Translations under genes and position numbers: made by a program
In this document: positions 1-7,378 of the stretch, piece by piece
Numbering within the stretch: position 1 is the first letter of the stretch
Layout: each line of letters opens with the position of its first letter
IMG/VR virus record: IMGVR_UViG_2713896773_000024
Origin: a virus
Taxonomy: Duplodnaviria > Heunggongvirae > Uroviricota > Caudoviricetes
Length of the DNA: 22,080 nt
Direction: 5' to 3' (one strand)
Notes under the pieces: generated by a model
Databases searched by the model: none
What the model saw: only the letters and a program-made list of their open reading frames with translations
What the model was told of the DNA's origin: nothing

Positions 1-981
1 TCACACCGCCAGCCCGCCGCCGAGAGGGTTTAACGTTACTGCATGTTGCAGGTAATCGGGGGCAAGGTGAGCATAAACCATCGTCTGTTGTATGCTGGCG
101 TGCCCCAGAATTTGCTGTAACGCAATAATGTTCCCTCCATTCATCATGAACCAGCTTGCGAAAGTATGCCGAAGCACGTGTGTGGCCTGCCCACGTGGTA
201 AATCGGGCTTAACCTGTTTGAGTCGTTCACAGAAGTTTTCATAGTCAACTTTGAACAGTGGCCCAGTGTCGCTGGTCTTGATCTCTTTCTCCAGTTCTTC
301 GGATATCGGAACGGTGCGCTTTTTTCCGTTTTTGGTCTTAAGGAACGTCACGCGCCCGTGATTAACCTGCTCACCTCGCAGCGTGCTACCTTCGCCCCAG
401 CGTGCGCCAGTGCTGAGGCATAGCAGTGCTACACGTCGATCGTCGCCGGTCAGAGTATCCAGCAATCTGCTGATCTCTGATTTTGCTAGATAGGTCATAG
501 CTGGCGGCGCTTCTTTCAGTGGTTCCAGACCCTTGCAGGGGTTTTCCTTCCTGAACTCTTCCAGTTTTATCAACGTGCTGAACATCCCGGATAAGCGGTA
601 AATATCCCGGTTGATCGTTGCTGCGCTGATACCGTCTTCCAGCCGTTGGCCTCGGTGCTGAGCAATCATTCGCTTGTTCAGTCGGTTAACGGCTGGATCG
701 CCCAGTGCCCTGATTGTTTTATTCAGGTGCCGCTTTTCAATCTTGCCATTTTCCTGAGTCTGTCCGTACAGTAGCCACCAGGTATCTAACAACTCGCTTA
801 AGGTGCGGCGGTCAACGCTCGCGCCCAGCCATTCTTTTTTGTCGGCGTTGGCTAATACATAACGCTCAAAAAGAACCGCCTCTTGTTTCTTCTCAAATCG
901 CCTGCGGATACGTTTTCCGTTACGTCCGCGCGGCCATACGTCTACTTCATATTGACCACCTTCGAGCTTCTTAATCGACAT
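1..981 (-). CDS. int: Tyrosine recombinase / phage integrase, P2 Int-like, complete (stop codon at window positions 1-3)
   Basis: 326-aa ORF; N-terminus MSIKKLEGGQYEVDV...GRNGKRIRRRF, catalytic region LCLSTGARWGE, HVLRHTFAS (H-x-x-R) and QTMVYAHL (Tyr), closely matching P2 Int as I recall it. Confidence 0.93.
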   Translation of the reverse strand: MSIKKLEGGQYEVDVWPRGRNGKRIRRRFEKKQEAVLFERYVLANADKKEWLGASVDRRTLSELLDTWWLLYGQTQENGKIEKRHLNKTIRALGDPAVNRLNKRMIAQHRGQRLEDGISAATINRDIYRLSGMFSTLIKLEEFRKENPCKGLEPLKEAPPAMTYLAKSEISRLLDTLTGDDRRVALLCLSTGARWGEGSTLRGEQVNHGRVTFLKTKNGKKRTVPISEELEKEIKTSDTGPLFKVDYENFCERLKQVKPDLPRGQATHVLRHTFASWFMMNGGNIIALQQILGHASIQQTMVYAHLAPDYLQHAVTLNPLGGGLAV

Positions 982-1050
982 AAGAAAGCCCTCCGGCGTT
1001 TATTTCCCCATCTTGGTAACAGATAGTGAAAATGTAATGTTTATAGATGG

Positions 1051-1371
1051 TTAACCAGTTTGTGTCTCTGAGCGGTCTGATCCAGTTGACTCTGGCCCAA
1101 TGTGTGCGAGGGCCGGTGCGATTTGACCAGCTTGAGGGGCGGTCTTATCAGTCATTAGCCAGAGCGTATATTTTGCAAAACGGGGGTGTTGTGTGATCTT
1201 CAACAAAATTTCACTACCAACTCCTTCTCTTCTCCCCATCTCGTAATGCTTTTGAGTACCTGCCGGAATACCTGTCAATTCAAAGAATTGAGTTCTGGAT
1301 AGCCCTTCAGCATCCCTAATTGCTCGAATTTTTTCCCCAATCCCGCTTGACTGGGTCTCATTTGATACCAT
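1051..1371 (-). CDS. C: Immunity repressor, P2 C-type (small HTH protein); start moved to internal ATG with strong RBS
   Basis: HTH-like segment LSRTQFFELTGIPAGTQKHYEMGRR and C-terminal KYTLWLMTD...GQIAPALAH resembling P2 C as I recall it; ATG at 1369-1371 (minus) preceded by AAGGAG 6 nt upstream; lies between int and cox. Confidence 0.72.
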   Translation of the reverse strand: MVSNETQSSGIGEKIRAIRDAEGLSRTQFFELTGIPAGTQKHYEMGRREGVGSEILLKITQHPRFAKYTLWLMTDKTAPQAGQIAPALAHIGPESTGSDRSETQTG

Positions 1372-1405
1372 ATCCTTCTCCTTAGTGGGTCTCAATTGAT
1401 ACCAT
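1352..1405. promoter_or_regulatory. Two 20-bp direct repeats (TGGGTCTCATTTGATACCAT at 1352-1371, TGGGTCTCAATTGATACCAT at 1386-1405), candidate repressor operators; first copy overlaps the C start codon
   Basis: 19/20 identity read directly from the sequence, 34 bp apart; P2 C is known to bind directly repeated operators in the switch region. Confidence 0.5.
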
Positions 1406-1434
1406 TGCAACGAAAAGGCAACCGCCAATATAAG
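1405..1434 (+). promoter_or_regulatory. Candidate sigma70 promoter firing rightward (TTGCAA, 17-18 bp spacer, ATATAA/TATAAG), -35 overlapping repeat copy 2
   Basis: Hexamers read from sequence only; no experimental support. Confidence 0.3.
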
Positions 1435-1587
1435 CAGTTACAAGCCGAAATAAGCGCCTAGCGCTAATGCGGAGATTAGCACAAATGAGTGGAAGACTTG
1501 AGCAGGGCAACAGAAGTGACGGAATCCATGTTGCTGAATTCCGCCGTAGTTATTTCCCAAATGGACGTTATGCAGGGACGGTTAAAA

Positions 1588-1824
1588 CTAGTGGCTCCGT
1601 TTCGGGGCCAGTGAAGAAGCAAGTTCAGCTTTAGCAATGTATTGCTGGAGGAAGGTTACGGTGTCTTTTGCTTGCTCAATGGTTAAACCAGTAAACAACT
1701 CGCCTGCTTCGGGCAGTTTTGTCGGTGTAGCTAAGTGGTAGTGGAAGCGTAAGCAAGCCAGGTCATTAGCAACGAGGTATTCAAGTTCAGCAGGAATGTA
1801 GATAGGTACTTCTTTCTGAGACAT
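1588..1824 (-). CDS. Hypothetical 78-aa protein lying between the repressor and cox (no counterpart in the P2 switch region)
   Basis: ATG at 1822-1824 (minus) with AGGAG 6 nt upstream; protein-like composition (MSQKEVPIYIPAELEYLVANDLACLRFHYHLATPTKLPEAGELF...); no family recognised. Confidence 0.55.
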   Translation of the reverse strand: MSQKEVPIYIPAELEYLVANDLACLRFHYHLATPTKLPEAGELFTGLTIEQAKDTVTFLQQYIAKAELASSLAPKRSH

Positions 1825-1920
1825 AAAGATCTCCTTTCTGGTTGTGTGGAAACTCCAGAATACCACGCGCCGGGCGTGGCTAAAAATCCCGGCATATCTT
1901 CAATGAGAGGTGATAACGCT

Positions 1921-2202
1921 ATGACAGACAAAGAGTTAGAGGGGTTCATTGAAGTGCGTCATGCCGTTGACGCGGTTCCATACCCTAAATTTGCCGAGTT
2001 AATCGGTAAGAAGCCCGCCACGGTTAAGAGCATGATTGAAGACGGTAAGTTGCCGATCATCCCGTGGAAGAACCCGGAAAGCCTGGGCGCCCGTGCTGAG
2101 AACTGGATCTATATTCCTGAGTTCAACCGCGCAATGCGTGACGCCTACTACAACCGTCCGAGAGAGCAGCGCGACGCTTGGTTGCTGTGGATCGGTCTTT
2201 GA
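1921..2202 (+). CDS. cox: Cox-like excisionase / early-switch DNA-binding protein
   Basis: 93-aa product; ...PYPKFAELIGKKPATVKSMIEDGKLPII...ENWIYIPEFN...RDAWLLWIGL resembles P2 Cox as I recall it (C-terminal GWLMWLGL); GAGG upstream of ATG 1921; divergent from C. Confidence 0.72.
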   Translation: MTDKELEGFIEVRHAVDAVPYPKFAELIGKKPATVKSMIEDGKLPIIPWKNPESLGARAENWIYIPEFNRAMRDAYYNRPREQRDAWLLWIGL

Positions 2203-2212
2203 GGTTATCGCG

Positions 2213-2416
2213 ATGAGCCAGAAAACAGCCAACCACGAAAACCGGGTGCGTGAATGCAACAACATTCTGGACACCCATTTAAAAGATATGCAAACGGGCT
2301 TCATGATTCGCACCAATAGCGGCGAATTTATGATCAGGGATAAAAAGCTGATTAAGAAAATAACCAAAGACGTGGCCCGCCATGTTGATGGTGAATTGCT
2401 TAAATTGGGAATGTGA
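2213..2416 (+). CDS. Hypothetical 67-aa early protein
   Basis: ATG 2213 with GAGG 8 nt upstream; starts 10 nt after the cox stop; no recognisable motif. Confidence 0.5.
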   Translation: MSQKTANHENRVRECNNILDTHLKDMQTGFMIRTNSGEFMIRDKKLIKKITKDVARHVDGELLKLGM

Positions 2417-2634
2417 GGGGGGCTTTTGTGGCTGTGCAATTAATACAGTTAAGTCGTCATTCATATTTATATCGTGGCTTCACGATTCAAAAGTGCCCGC
2501 GTAATCCATTTACGTTTAAGCACTCTTATCGTATTTCCAGCAATGGCGATTATTACGGGCGTGACTTTGCTTTAGCGGAAGCCATGCGCACGGTTGATCA
2601 GATGTATAAGCAAGGGGGCAGTAATGCACGATGA
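2413..2634 (+). CDS. Hypothetical 73-aa protein (GTG start overlapping previous stop, ATGTGA)
   Basis: ORF in AT-rich island; start codon uncertain (GTG 2413 or downstream). Confidence 0.35.
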   Translation: MRGAFVAVQLIQLSRHSYLYRGFTIQKCPRNPFTFKHSYRISSNGDYYGRDFALAEAMRTVDQMYKQGGSNAR

Positions 2635-2854
2635 AGGCCCATCACTGGCAAGCCTGCTTAAGCACGGGTGCCAGTTTACACACTTCAAAAACTCACGCGG
2701 CTGGCTGGAAACACCAGACGGGCAATTCTTTAAACCTGAGCCTAGCAAGGTTCAATTTATTAAGGGAATGAGTAAGCCCTTTGTTTATACGAAGAAGATA
2801 AACAAAGGATTGCTTTTTAACCTTGTTAATTCTTTGAGAGATTTAATCGGCTAA
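2624..2854 (+). CDS. Hypothetical 76-aa protein
   Basis: ATG 2624 preceded by AGGGGG; overlaps upstream ORF by 11 nt; AT-rich codon usage unlike the phage backbone. Confidence 0.45.
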   Translation: MHDEGPSLASLLKHGCQFTHFKNSRGWLETPDGQFFKPEPSKVQFIKGMSKPFVYTKKINKGLLFNLVNSLRDLIG

Positions 2855-2897
2855 CAACGTCAGTTAAATAGTAATTAAAAAACAGTCTTCACTGTCG

Positions 2898-2913
2898 TCA
2901 CTTAATTAAGTGA
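2898..2913. promoter_or_regulatory. Perfect 16-bp palindrome TCACTTAATTAAGTGA about 35 bp upstream of the TerB-like gene; candidate operator
   Basis: Read directly; sits in a 94-bp AT-rich non-coding spacer (2855-2948). Confidence 0.35.
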
Positions 2914-2948
2914 TGGCGCTTTCACTCATCCTAAAAAGGATAAATAGC

Positions 2949-3383
2949 ATGTTTAATAAACTGTTTGGAAAAAAAGTAGCAGCGGCAAAAGTTGAACTTA
3001 AGAAAGTGGAAAATCGCGATCTTATGGAAGCTATTGTCGGCGGTTGTCTTTTGGTATCTGCCGCCGATGGCGAGATCGAAAAAGAAGAAACCAGCAAGCT
3101 GGATCAGCTTATCCGCTCTAACCCGCGCCTTGCGCATTTCGGCAATGAAATTACATCCACCATCAACCGCTATACGGAACAGCTTGAAGCTGGCTTCCGC
3201 GTTGGCCGCATGAACATTTTGCGCGAAATCGACGACATCAAAAACGATCCGAAAGAAGCCGAAGAAGTCTTCGTCAACATGCTGACTATCGCCGAAGCGG
3301 ACGGCCAGATCGAACCAGAAGAACAGAAGGTGCTGGAAGAGGTCGGGCGCCGTCTGGGGCTGCGTGTTGAGGATTATCTCTGA
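2949..3383 (+). CDS. TerB-family (tellurite-resistance TerB-like) domain protein, 144 aa
   Basis: Two repeats of the TerB-type acidic motif: AIVGGCLLVSAADGEIEKEE and MLTIAEADGQIEPEEQKVLEEVGRRLGL; overall pattern similar to E. coli TerB as I recall it; ATG 2949 with AAGGA 9 nt upstream. Confidence 0.7.
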   Translation: MFNKLFGKKVAAAKVELKKVENRDLMEAIVGGCLLVSAADGEIEKEETSKLDQLIRSNPRLAHFGNEITSTINRYTEQLEAGFRVGRMNILREIDDIKNDPKEAEEVFVNMLTIAEADGQIEPEEQKVLEEVGRRLGLRVEDYL

Positions 3384-3565
3384 TGCTGCGCGTGCTGGAT
3401 TCACTACGTCCGGCGCTGGCCCTGCTGTTGGCCTTCATGGTCGTAGCAGTGGATTTCACCAGCTACCTGCTTTCGGTGATTGGCGACGCCTTCTTCGTTG
3501 GCGCTCTTCTTCTCCTTGTCTGGCCTGCCATCAAGTCAGCTAACCAATCAGCGGATCACCAGTAA
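3383..3565 (+). CDS. Small membrane protein, 60 aa, two predicted TM helices; translationally coupled to the TerB-like gene (TGATG overlap)
   Basis: Hydrophobic stretches ALALLLAFMVVAV and FFVGALLLLVW; start overlaps upstream stop by 1 nt. Confidence 0.6.
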   Translation: MLRVLDSLRPALALLLAFMVVAVDFTSYLLSVIGDAFFVGALLLLVWPAIKSANQSADHQ

Positions 3566-3568
3566 CAG

Positions 3569-3595
3569 ATTGCCGGGGAAACCCGGCAATTTCTG
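3569..3595 (+). terminator. Candidate intrinsic terminator / stem-loop (ATTGCCGGG-GAAA-CCCGGCAAT followed by TTTCT)
   Basis: Perfect 9-bp stem with GAAA loop immediately after the membrane-protein stop; U-tract is short, so may be partial. Confidence 0.45.
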
Positions 3596-3607
3596 AGGCT
3601 TCGAATC

Positions 3608-3820
3608 ATGACTAAACGCGATCAATATAACTTCATCCTGCACGTTCTCTTACCTGCTGTTGAGCGTGAAGGGCTGACGATTAAAACCCGCCGCGATGGT
3701 GAGTTAACCCTTTCTTCTGACGATCCCTCTGTTTCCTGCTTTATCGACGACATGCGCCAGCGCCTTACCACGGCGTTGCAGCGTCCGGCTGTTCCATCTT
3801 CCCCTTACGGAGTCCTGTAA
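3608..3820 (+). CDS. Hypothetical 70-aa protein
   Basis: ATG 3608 with GAGG upstream; no recognisable motif. Confidence 0.55.
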   Translation: MTKRDQYNFILHVLLPAVEREGLTIKTRRDGELTLSSDDPSVSCFIDDMRQRLTTALQRPAVPSSPYGVL

Positions 3821-3821
3821 A

Positions 3822-4793
3822 ATGATCCGCCCGTTCATCAAATGGGCAGGGGGTAAAACCCGTGTCCTTCCTGACCTGCTGCCGCACCTTCCTAAAGCCG
3901 ACTGCCTGATCGAACCGTTCGTAGGCGGCGCATCGGTATTTCTGGCGACTGAGTACCGCCGCTATGTGCTGGCTGATATCAACCCGGATCTTATTAACCT
4001 TTATCGGAAAGTCACCCGTTACCCGGACTTAGTGATCGATGCGGCCCGCGAACTGTTCAACAGCAAGAACAGCCCGCAGGGGTACAACGAAGTCCGCGCC
4101 GCGTTCAATAAGCAGGTATGTACGGTAAAAAGCTGTGGGTTGCGTTATGGCGTCGAAATGGCGCGCATCATGCGTGCTGCTCAATTCCTGTATCTGAACC
4201 GCCACGGTTATAACGGCTTATGCCGTTACAGCCGTAAGACCGGCTTTAACGTGCCGTTTGGCAAGTATAAGAGCGTCTACTTTCCTGAAAATGAAATCCG
4301 CCTGTTTGCCGAAAAGGCCAACGATACAAAGGCAATATTTCTTTGCGCGCCGTTCCAGCGTTCTCTACAGGTCGTCACGGGTGGCGATGTTCTCGTTTAC
4401 TGCGATCCGCCTTACCTGCCTGAAAGCAAAACAGCCGATTTTACCCAATACCACACCGAACCATTCACGGAAGACAACCACCGCCAGTTAGTCCAGGCAC
4501 TGCTGGAAGTTAACCGTAAGCATGGCGTGAAGGTTGTCATTTCCAACAGCGACACCGAAGCCACCCGCGCGATTTATCAGCCTTTCAAGATGCACGAAAT
4601 CAGCGTGCAACGTTCCGTCAGCACTGACAAAGACAACCGCCAGAAGGCCAAAGAAGTGATCGGCGTGCTGCCTGTCTGCGACTGCTGCGGGCGTTACGGC
4701 GGCGGTTGCCCTGATTGTGGCGCCGTGATGGGTGATGCGACTTACAACGCGATGGTTGCGGCAGGCACGTTTGACGATATGGAGGCGTTTTAA
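3822..4793 (+). CDS. dam: DNA adenine methyltransferase, Dam family, with about 45-aa Cys-rich C-terminal extension
   Basis: KWAGGK, EPFVGGASVF (motif I), DPPY (motif IV), LYLNRHGYNGLCRYS, ISNSD; clearly collinear with E. coli Dam as I recall it; extra tail ...PVCDCCGRYGGGCPDCG.... Confidence 0.9.
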   Translation: MIRPFIKWAGGKTRVLPDLLPHLPKADCLIEPFVGGASVFLATEYRRYVLADINPDLINLYRKVTRYPDLVIDAARELFNSKNSPQGYNEVRAAFNKQVCTVKSCGLRYGVEMARIMRAAQFLYLNRHGYNGLCRYSRKTGFNVPFGKYKSVYFPENEIRLFAEKANDTKAIFLCAPFQRSLQVVTGGDVLVYCDPPYLPESKTADFTQYHTEPFTEDNHRQLVQALLEVNRKHGVKVVISNSDTEATRAIYQPFKMHEISVQRSVSTDKDNRQKAKEVIGVLPVCDCCGRYGGGCPDCGAVMGDATYNAMVAAGTFDDMEAF

Positions 4794-4972
4794 TGAATCT
4801 TGTAGACGCCTGGATCGTTGAAATCATAAGCGTGAGTCGTGGCGAGATTGTGCCGTATTGGTTGGTTGAGGCGAAAGTAACAGCTTATGGAAGGGAGTCA
4901 ATAACCACAATTCTGAAGAAATCAGAAGAGGAAGCCAAAGCCGTTAAAGTAGGGGATGTAGTTCAAATATGA
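4793..4972 (+). CDS. Hypothetical 59-aa protein (below the ORF-track size cutoff), coupled to both neighbours (TAATG upstream, ATGA downstream)
   Basis: Uninterrupted frame MNLVDAWIVEIISVSRGEIVPYWLVEAKVTAYGRESITTILKKSEEEAKAVKVGDVVQI; GGAGG 7 nt upstream of ATG 4793. Confidence 0.5.
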   Translation: MNLVDAWIVEIISVSRGEIVPYWLVEAKVTAYGRESITTILKKSEEEAKAVKVGDVVQI

Positions 4973-7326
4973 CCACGGCAACCCGTGGCCGTCGCGCCCC
5001 TTCTCCACCTCCACCGTATCCGGGTAGCACTGACAATGCTATCCCTTACGCTTATGGCGGGAACAAACCATACCAGCCGATTGGCGTTGATGTAGCGCCG
5101 GGGCTGGATGGTTTCGACTATCTCATGCCGGACGGCACGCGTAAGCATATTGCGTTCAGTGAACTGGTAGCGGAGGACGAAAAGCCGGAACGCAGTAAGC
5201 TGCTGCGTCGCCGTCTGGCTTCTCTTCCGCAATATGTCCGCCGCCACTTTGCAGCGAAGCTTGATGCGCTGGATGTGAAAGACCGCAAAGCGGCAGATCA
5301 CTGGCTGCTTAACACCTTTGAGCGCCACGTATTAACGCGTATTGATAGCGTGAACAGTGTTTACCAGCCTGATACTGTGATGCCCGGCATTCTGCTGCCA
5401 ATTCGCGATCAGCTTTTCCGTATGCTCTGGGCAGGGAAAAAAGAGTTAAAAAGACTGGCTTATACGCTTGCCGATATCTTTACGAGCGAGTTTATACGCG
5501 AGTCCGATCACCAGTTGGTGCGCACCGGCGATCCTGAGTTCGCGGCGCTTTCTGGCTATGGCCGTATTGCATCGCTGGCAGTGCATCTGAAAACGCCGAT
5601 CCCCGGTTGGACAGCTTATTGCAATGAAGAACTTGAAGCGGAGGACGCGTTACGCGCAGTTCTCCGTCTTGAGTCACCGCAGTGGTGGTTAAACCGCCTG
5701 CGCCGTATCCATGCCCGGTGGCGTGAGCATTTGATGATCGCAGCGGGATACGTCCAGAAAAAATCCTCCCCATACAGTAGCGCCCCGTGCCTTACGGAAT
5801 GGCTGGCCCAGAAAAAAGCTAACCGTGAATACCTCAAGGCTATGGAACTGGAAGACCAGGACACGGGCGAGCGCATTTCGCTGATCGATAAAGTCGCCGG
5901 CAGTGTTGCCAATCCGGCCAACCGTCGCCGCGAACTCATGACGAGAATGCGCGGATTTGAAGATCTGGCGAAGCTGGAAGGGCTGGCCGGTGACTTCTAC
6001 ACGCTGACAGCGCCTTCCCGCTATCACGCTATGCAGCATAACGGGCGCCGTAATAACAAATACTGTGGCGCGTCGCCGCGTGAGACACAGCAATATCTTT
6101 GCAAAGTCTGGGCGAGAACCCGCGCCGCATGGAAGAGAAAAGGGATCCGCGTCTTTGGTTTCCGCGTGGTCGAACCGCACCACGATGCAACGCCACACTG
6201 GCATTTGCTTCTTTTTATGCGCCCGGAATGCGTCGAGCAGGCGCGCGAAATCTTCCGTAAATATGCCCTGAAAGAAGACGGCAACGAACCGGGAGCGCAG
6301 GAAAACCGCTTTCAGGTCGTGCCGATCGACGATGCCCACGGCAGCGCAACTGGCTACATAGCGAAATACATTTCGAAGAATATCGACGGCTTCGCGCTGG
6401 ATGGTGAGAAGGACGACGAAACCGGGGAAGACCTGAAAGAAATGTCACTCCGCGTTAGCGCGTGGGCATCGCGCTGGGCTATTCGCCAGTTTCAGCAAAT
6501 CGGCGGTGCGCCGGTCACGGTATATCGCGAACTTCGCCGCCTGGGCGATCGCGAACTGGTGTTACACCCTGAACTGGAAACCGCCCGGCAGGCCGCTAAC
6601 GGTGGCGAATGGGATAACTACGTATTAGCCCAGGGTGGCCCGTTGGTTGAGCGCGATAAGCTGCGCATCCGTCTGAATTATGAAACCACTGAAAACGGTA
6701 ACGCCTACGGCGATAACGTCCAGCGAATCACTGGTATTTACTGCCCGATTACGGGCAATGACTCTTTGATCTTCACCCGCACCACTCAATACAAAATCGT
6801 GCCGAAGCGCCAGAGCGCTGACGGTGTGGCCGTTGACGTTGGTTTTTCAGGCGGCAACGCCGCCCCTCGGAGTTCTGTCAATAACTGTACGCGGGATCCC
6901 GCGACAGGTGCTGACGGTCTTGAACATGCCGATCACGAAGTGGGCGAGACGGTGAATTTTGATGCTCTTTCACGGCAGGAAAAGCGGGAACTGGCACAGA
7001 GGCTAAGTGACGATGTGCGAAGTAAGCGGAAAAAACGGCCACCGGAACGGGAAGACGGGGCCGGGATATCCGTGAAAGAGCAGCAGATCAGTGAACTGCT
7101 GGCGCTGCGTGGGATTGATGCCAGCGCCGGAATGGTCAGATCGATGATGGCCGGTGCGTCAGTGGCGTGCGGCGATCTTGTTATGACAGTGCAGGATGGG
7201 CGGCTGGTATCGCGCAACCGCGCCGCGTCGGGGCTGGATAAGCTGCCGTCGCAGGTGATGGCGGCGAAGCAACAGACAAATAGTCTTATTAACCGAATGA
7301 AAAAAGCCTTTAACGGTGCGTCATAA
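4969..7326 (+). CDS. A: Rolling-circle replication initiation endonuclease, P2 A-like
   Basis: 785 aa; HUH-type motif PHWHLLLF and paired tyrosines GYIAKYISK (Y-x3-Y) typical of the phiX174 gpA / P2 A superfamily; position after early genes and before cos. Confidence 0.9.
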   Translation: MTTATRGRRAPSPPPPYPGSTDNAIPYAYGGNKPYQPIGVDVAPGLDGFDYLMPDGTRKHIAFSELVAEDEKPERSKLLRRRLASLPQYVRRHFAAKLDALDVKDRKAADHWLLNTFERHVLTRIDSVNSVYQPDTVMPGILLPIRDQLFRMLWAGKKELKRLAYTLADIFTSEFIRESDHQLVRTGDPEFAALSGYGRIASLAVHLKTPIPGWTAYCNEELEAEDALRAVLRLESPQWWLNRLRRIHARWREHLMIAAGYVQKKSSPYSSAPCLTEWLAQKKANREYLKAMELEDQDTGERISLIDKVAGSVANPANRRRELMTRMRGFEDLAKLEGLAGDFYTLTAPSRYHAMQHNGRRNNKYCGASPRETQQYLCKVWARTRAAWKRKGIRVFGFRVVEPHHDATPHWHLLLFMRPECVEQAREIFRKYALKEDGNEPGAQENRFQVVPIDDAHGSATGYIAKYISKNIDGFALDGEKDDETGEDLKEMSLRVSAWASRWAIRQFQQIGGAPVTVYRELRRLGDRELVLHPELETARQAANGGEWDNYVLAQGGPLVERDKLRIRLNYETTENGNAYGDNVQRITGIYCPITGNDSLIFTRTTQYKIVPKRQSADGVAVDVGFSGGNAAPRSSVNNCTRDPATGADGLEHADHEVGETVNFDALSRQEKRELAQRLSDDVRSKRKKRPPEREDGAGISVKEQQISELLALRGIDASAGMVRSMMAGASVACGDLVMTVQDGRLVSRNRAASGLDKLPSQVMAAKQQTNSLINRMKKAFNGAS
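6865..6881 (+). other. Candidate origin nick site inside gene A (CCTCGGAGTTCTGTCAA)
   Basis: Resembles the P2-type ori motif I recall (CCTCGGAGTCCTGTCAA-like) and lies in the 3-prime third of A where P2 ori is located; recollection not verified. Confidence 0.35.
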
Positions 7327-7378
7327 CAGCGTGCCGGGGCTTCGCTTATTCATTTTCAGAAGAAACAGGAGTGACAGC

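Noticed and set aside
714-974. 86-aa plus-strand ORF inside the integrase gene
   Set aside because: Antisense to a strongly supported integrase frame.
1372-1428. N-terminal extension of the repressor ORF (track start 1428)
   Set aside because: Internal ATG at 1371 has a strong AAGGAG RBS and gives a P2 C-like length; the extension would run through the operator repeats.
1593-1609. GGCTCCG-TTT-CGGGGCC hairpin at the 3-prime end of the 78-aa gene
   Set aside because: Considered as a terminator, but on the minus strand the stem has a C-A mismatch, and on the plus strand there is no U-tract; lies inside coding sequence.
1467-1640. 57-aa plus-strand ORF in the C / 78-aa-gene spacer
   Set aside because: No convincing RBS, and it overlaps the better-supported minus-strand 78-aa gene; kept only as a possibility if a rightward transcript is shown.
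1846-1920. N-terminal extension of cox (track start 1846), and likewise 2910-2948 for the TerB-like gene
   Set aside because: Downstream ATGs have better RBS spacing and give products matching the expected family lengths.
5689-6339. 216-aa minus-strand ORF, plus several other 60-110-aa ORFs on both strands, inside gene A
   Set aside because: Entirely antisense to or overlapping the well-supported A coding frame in GC-rich DNA; no RBS context; typical spurious open frames.
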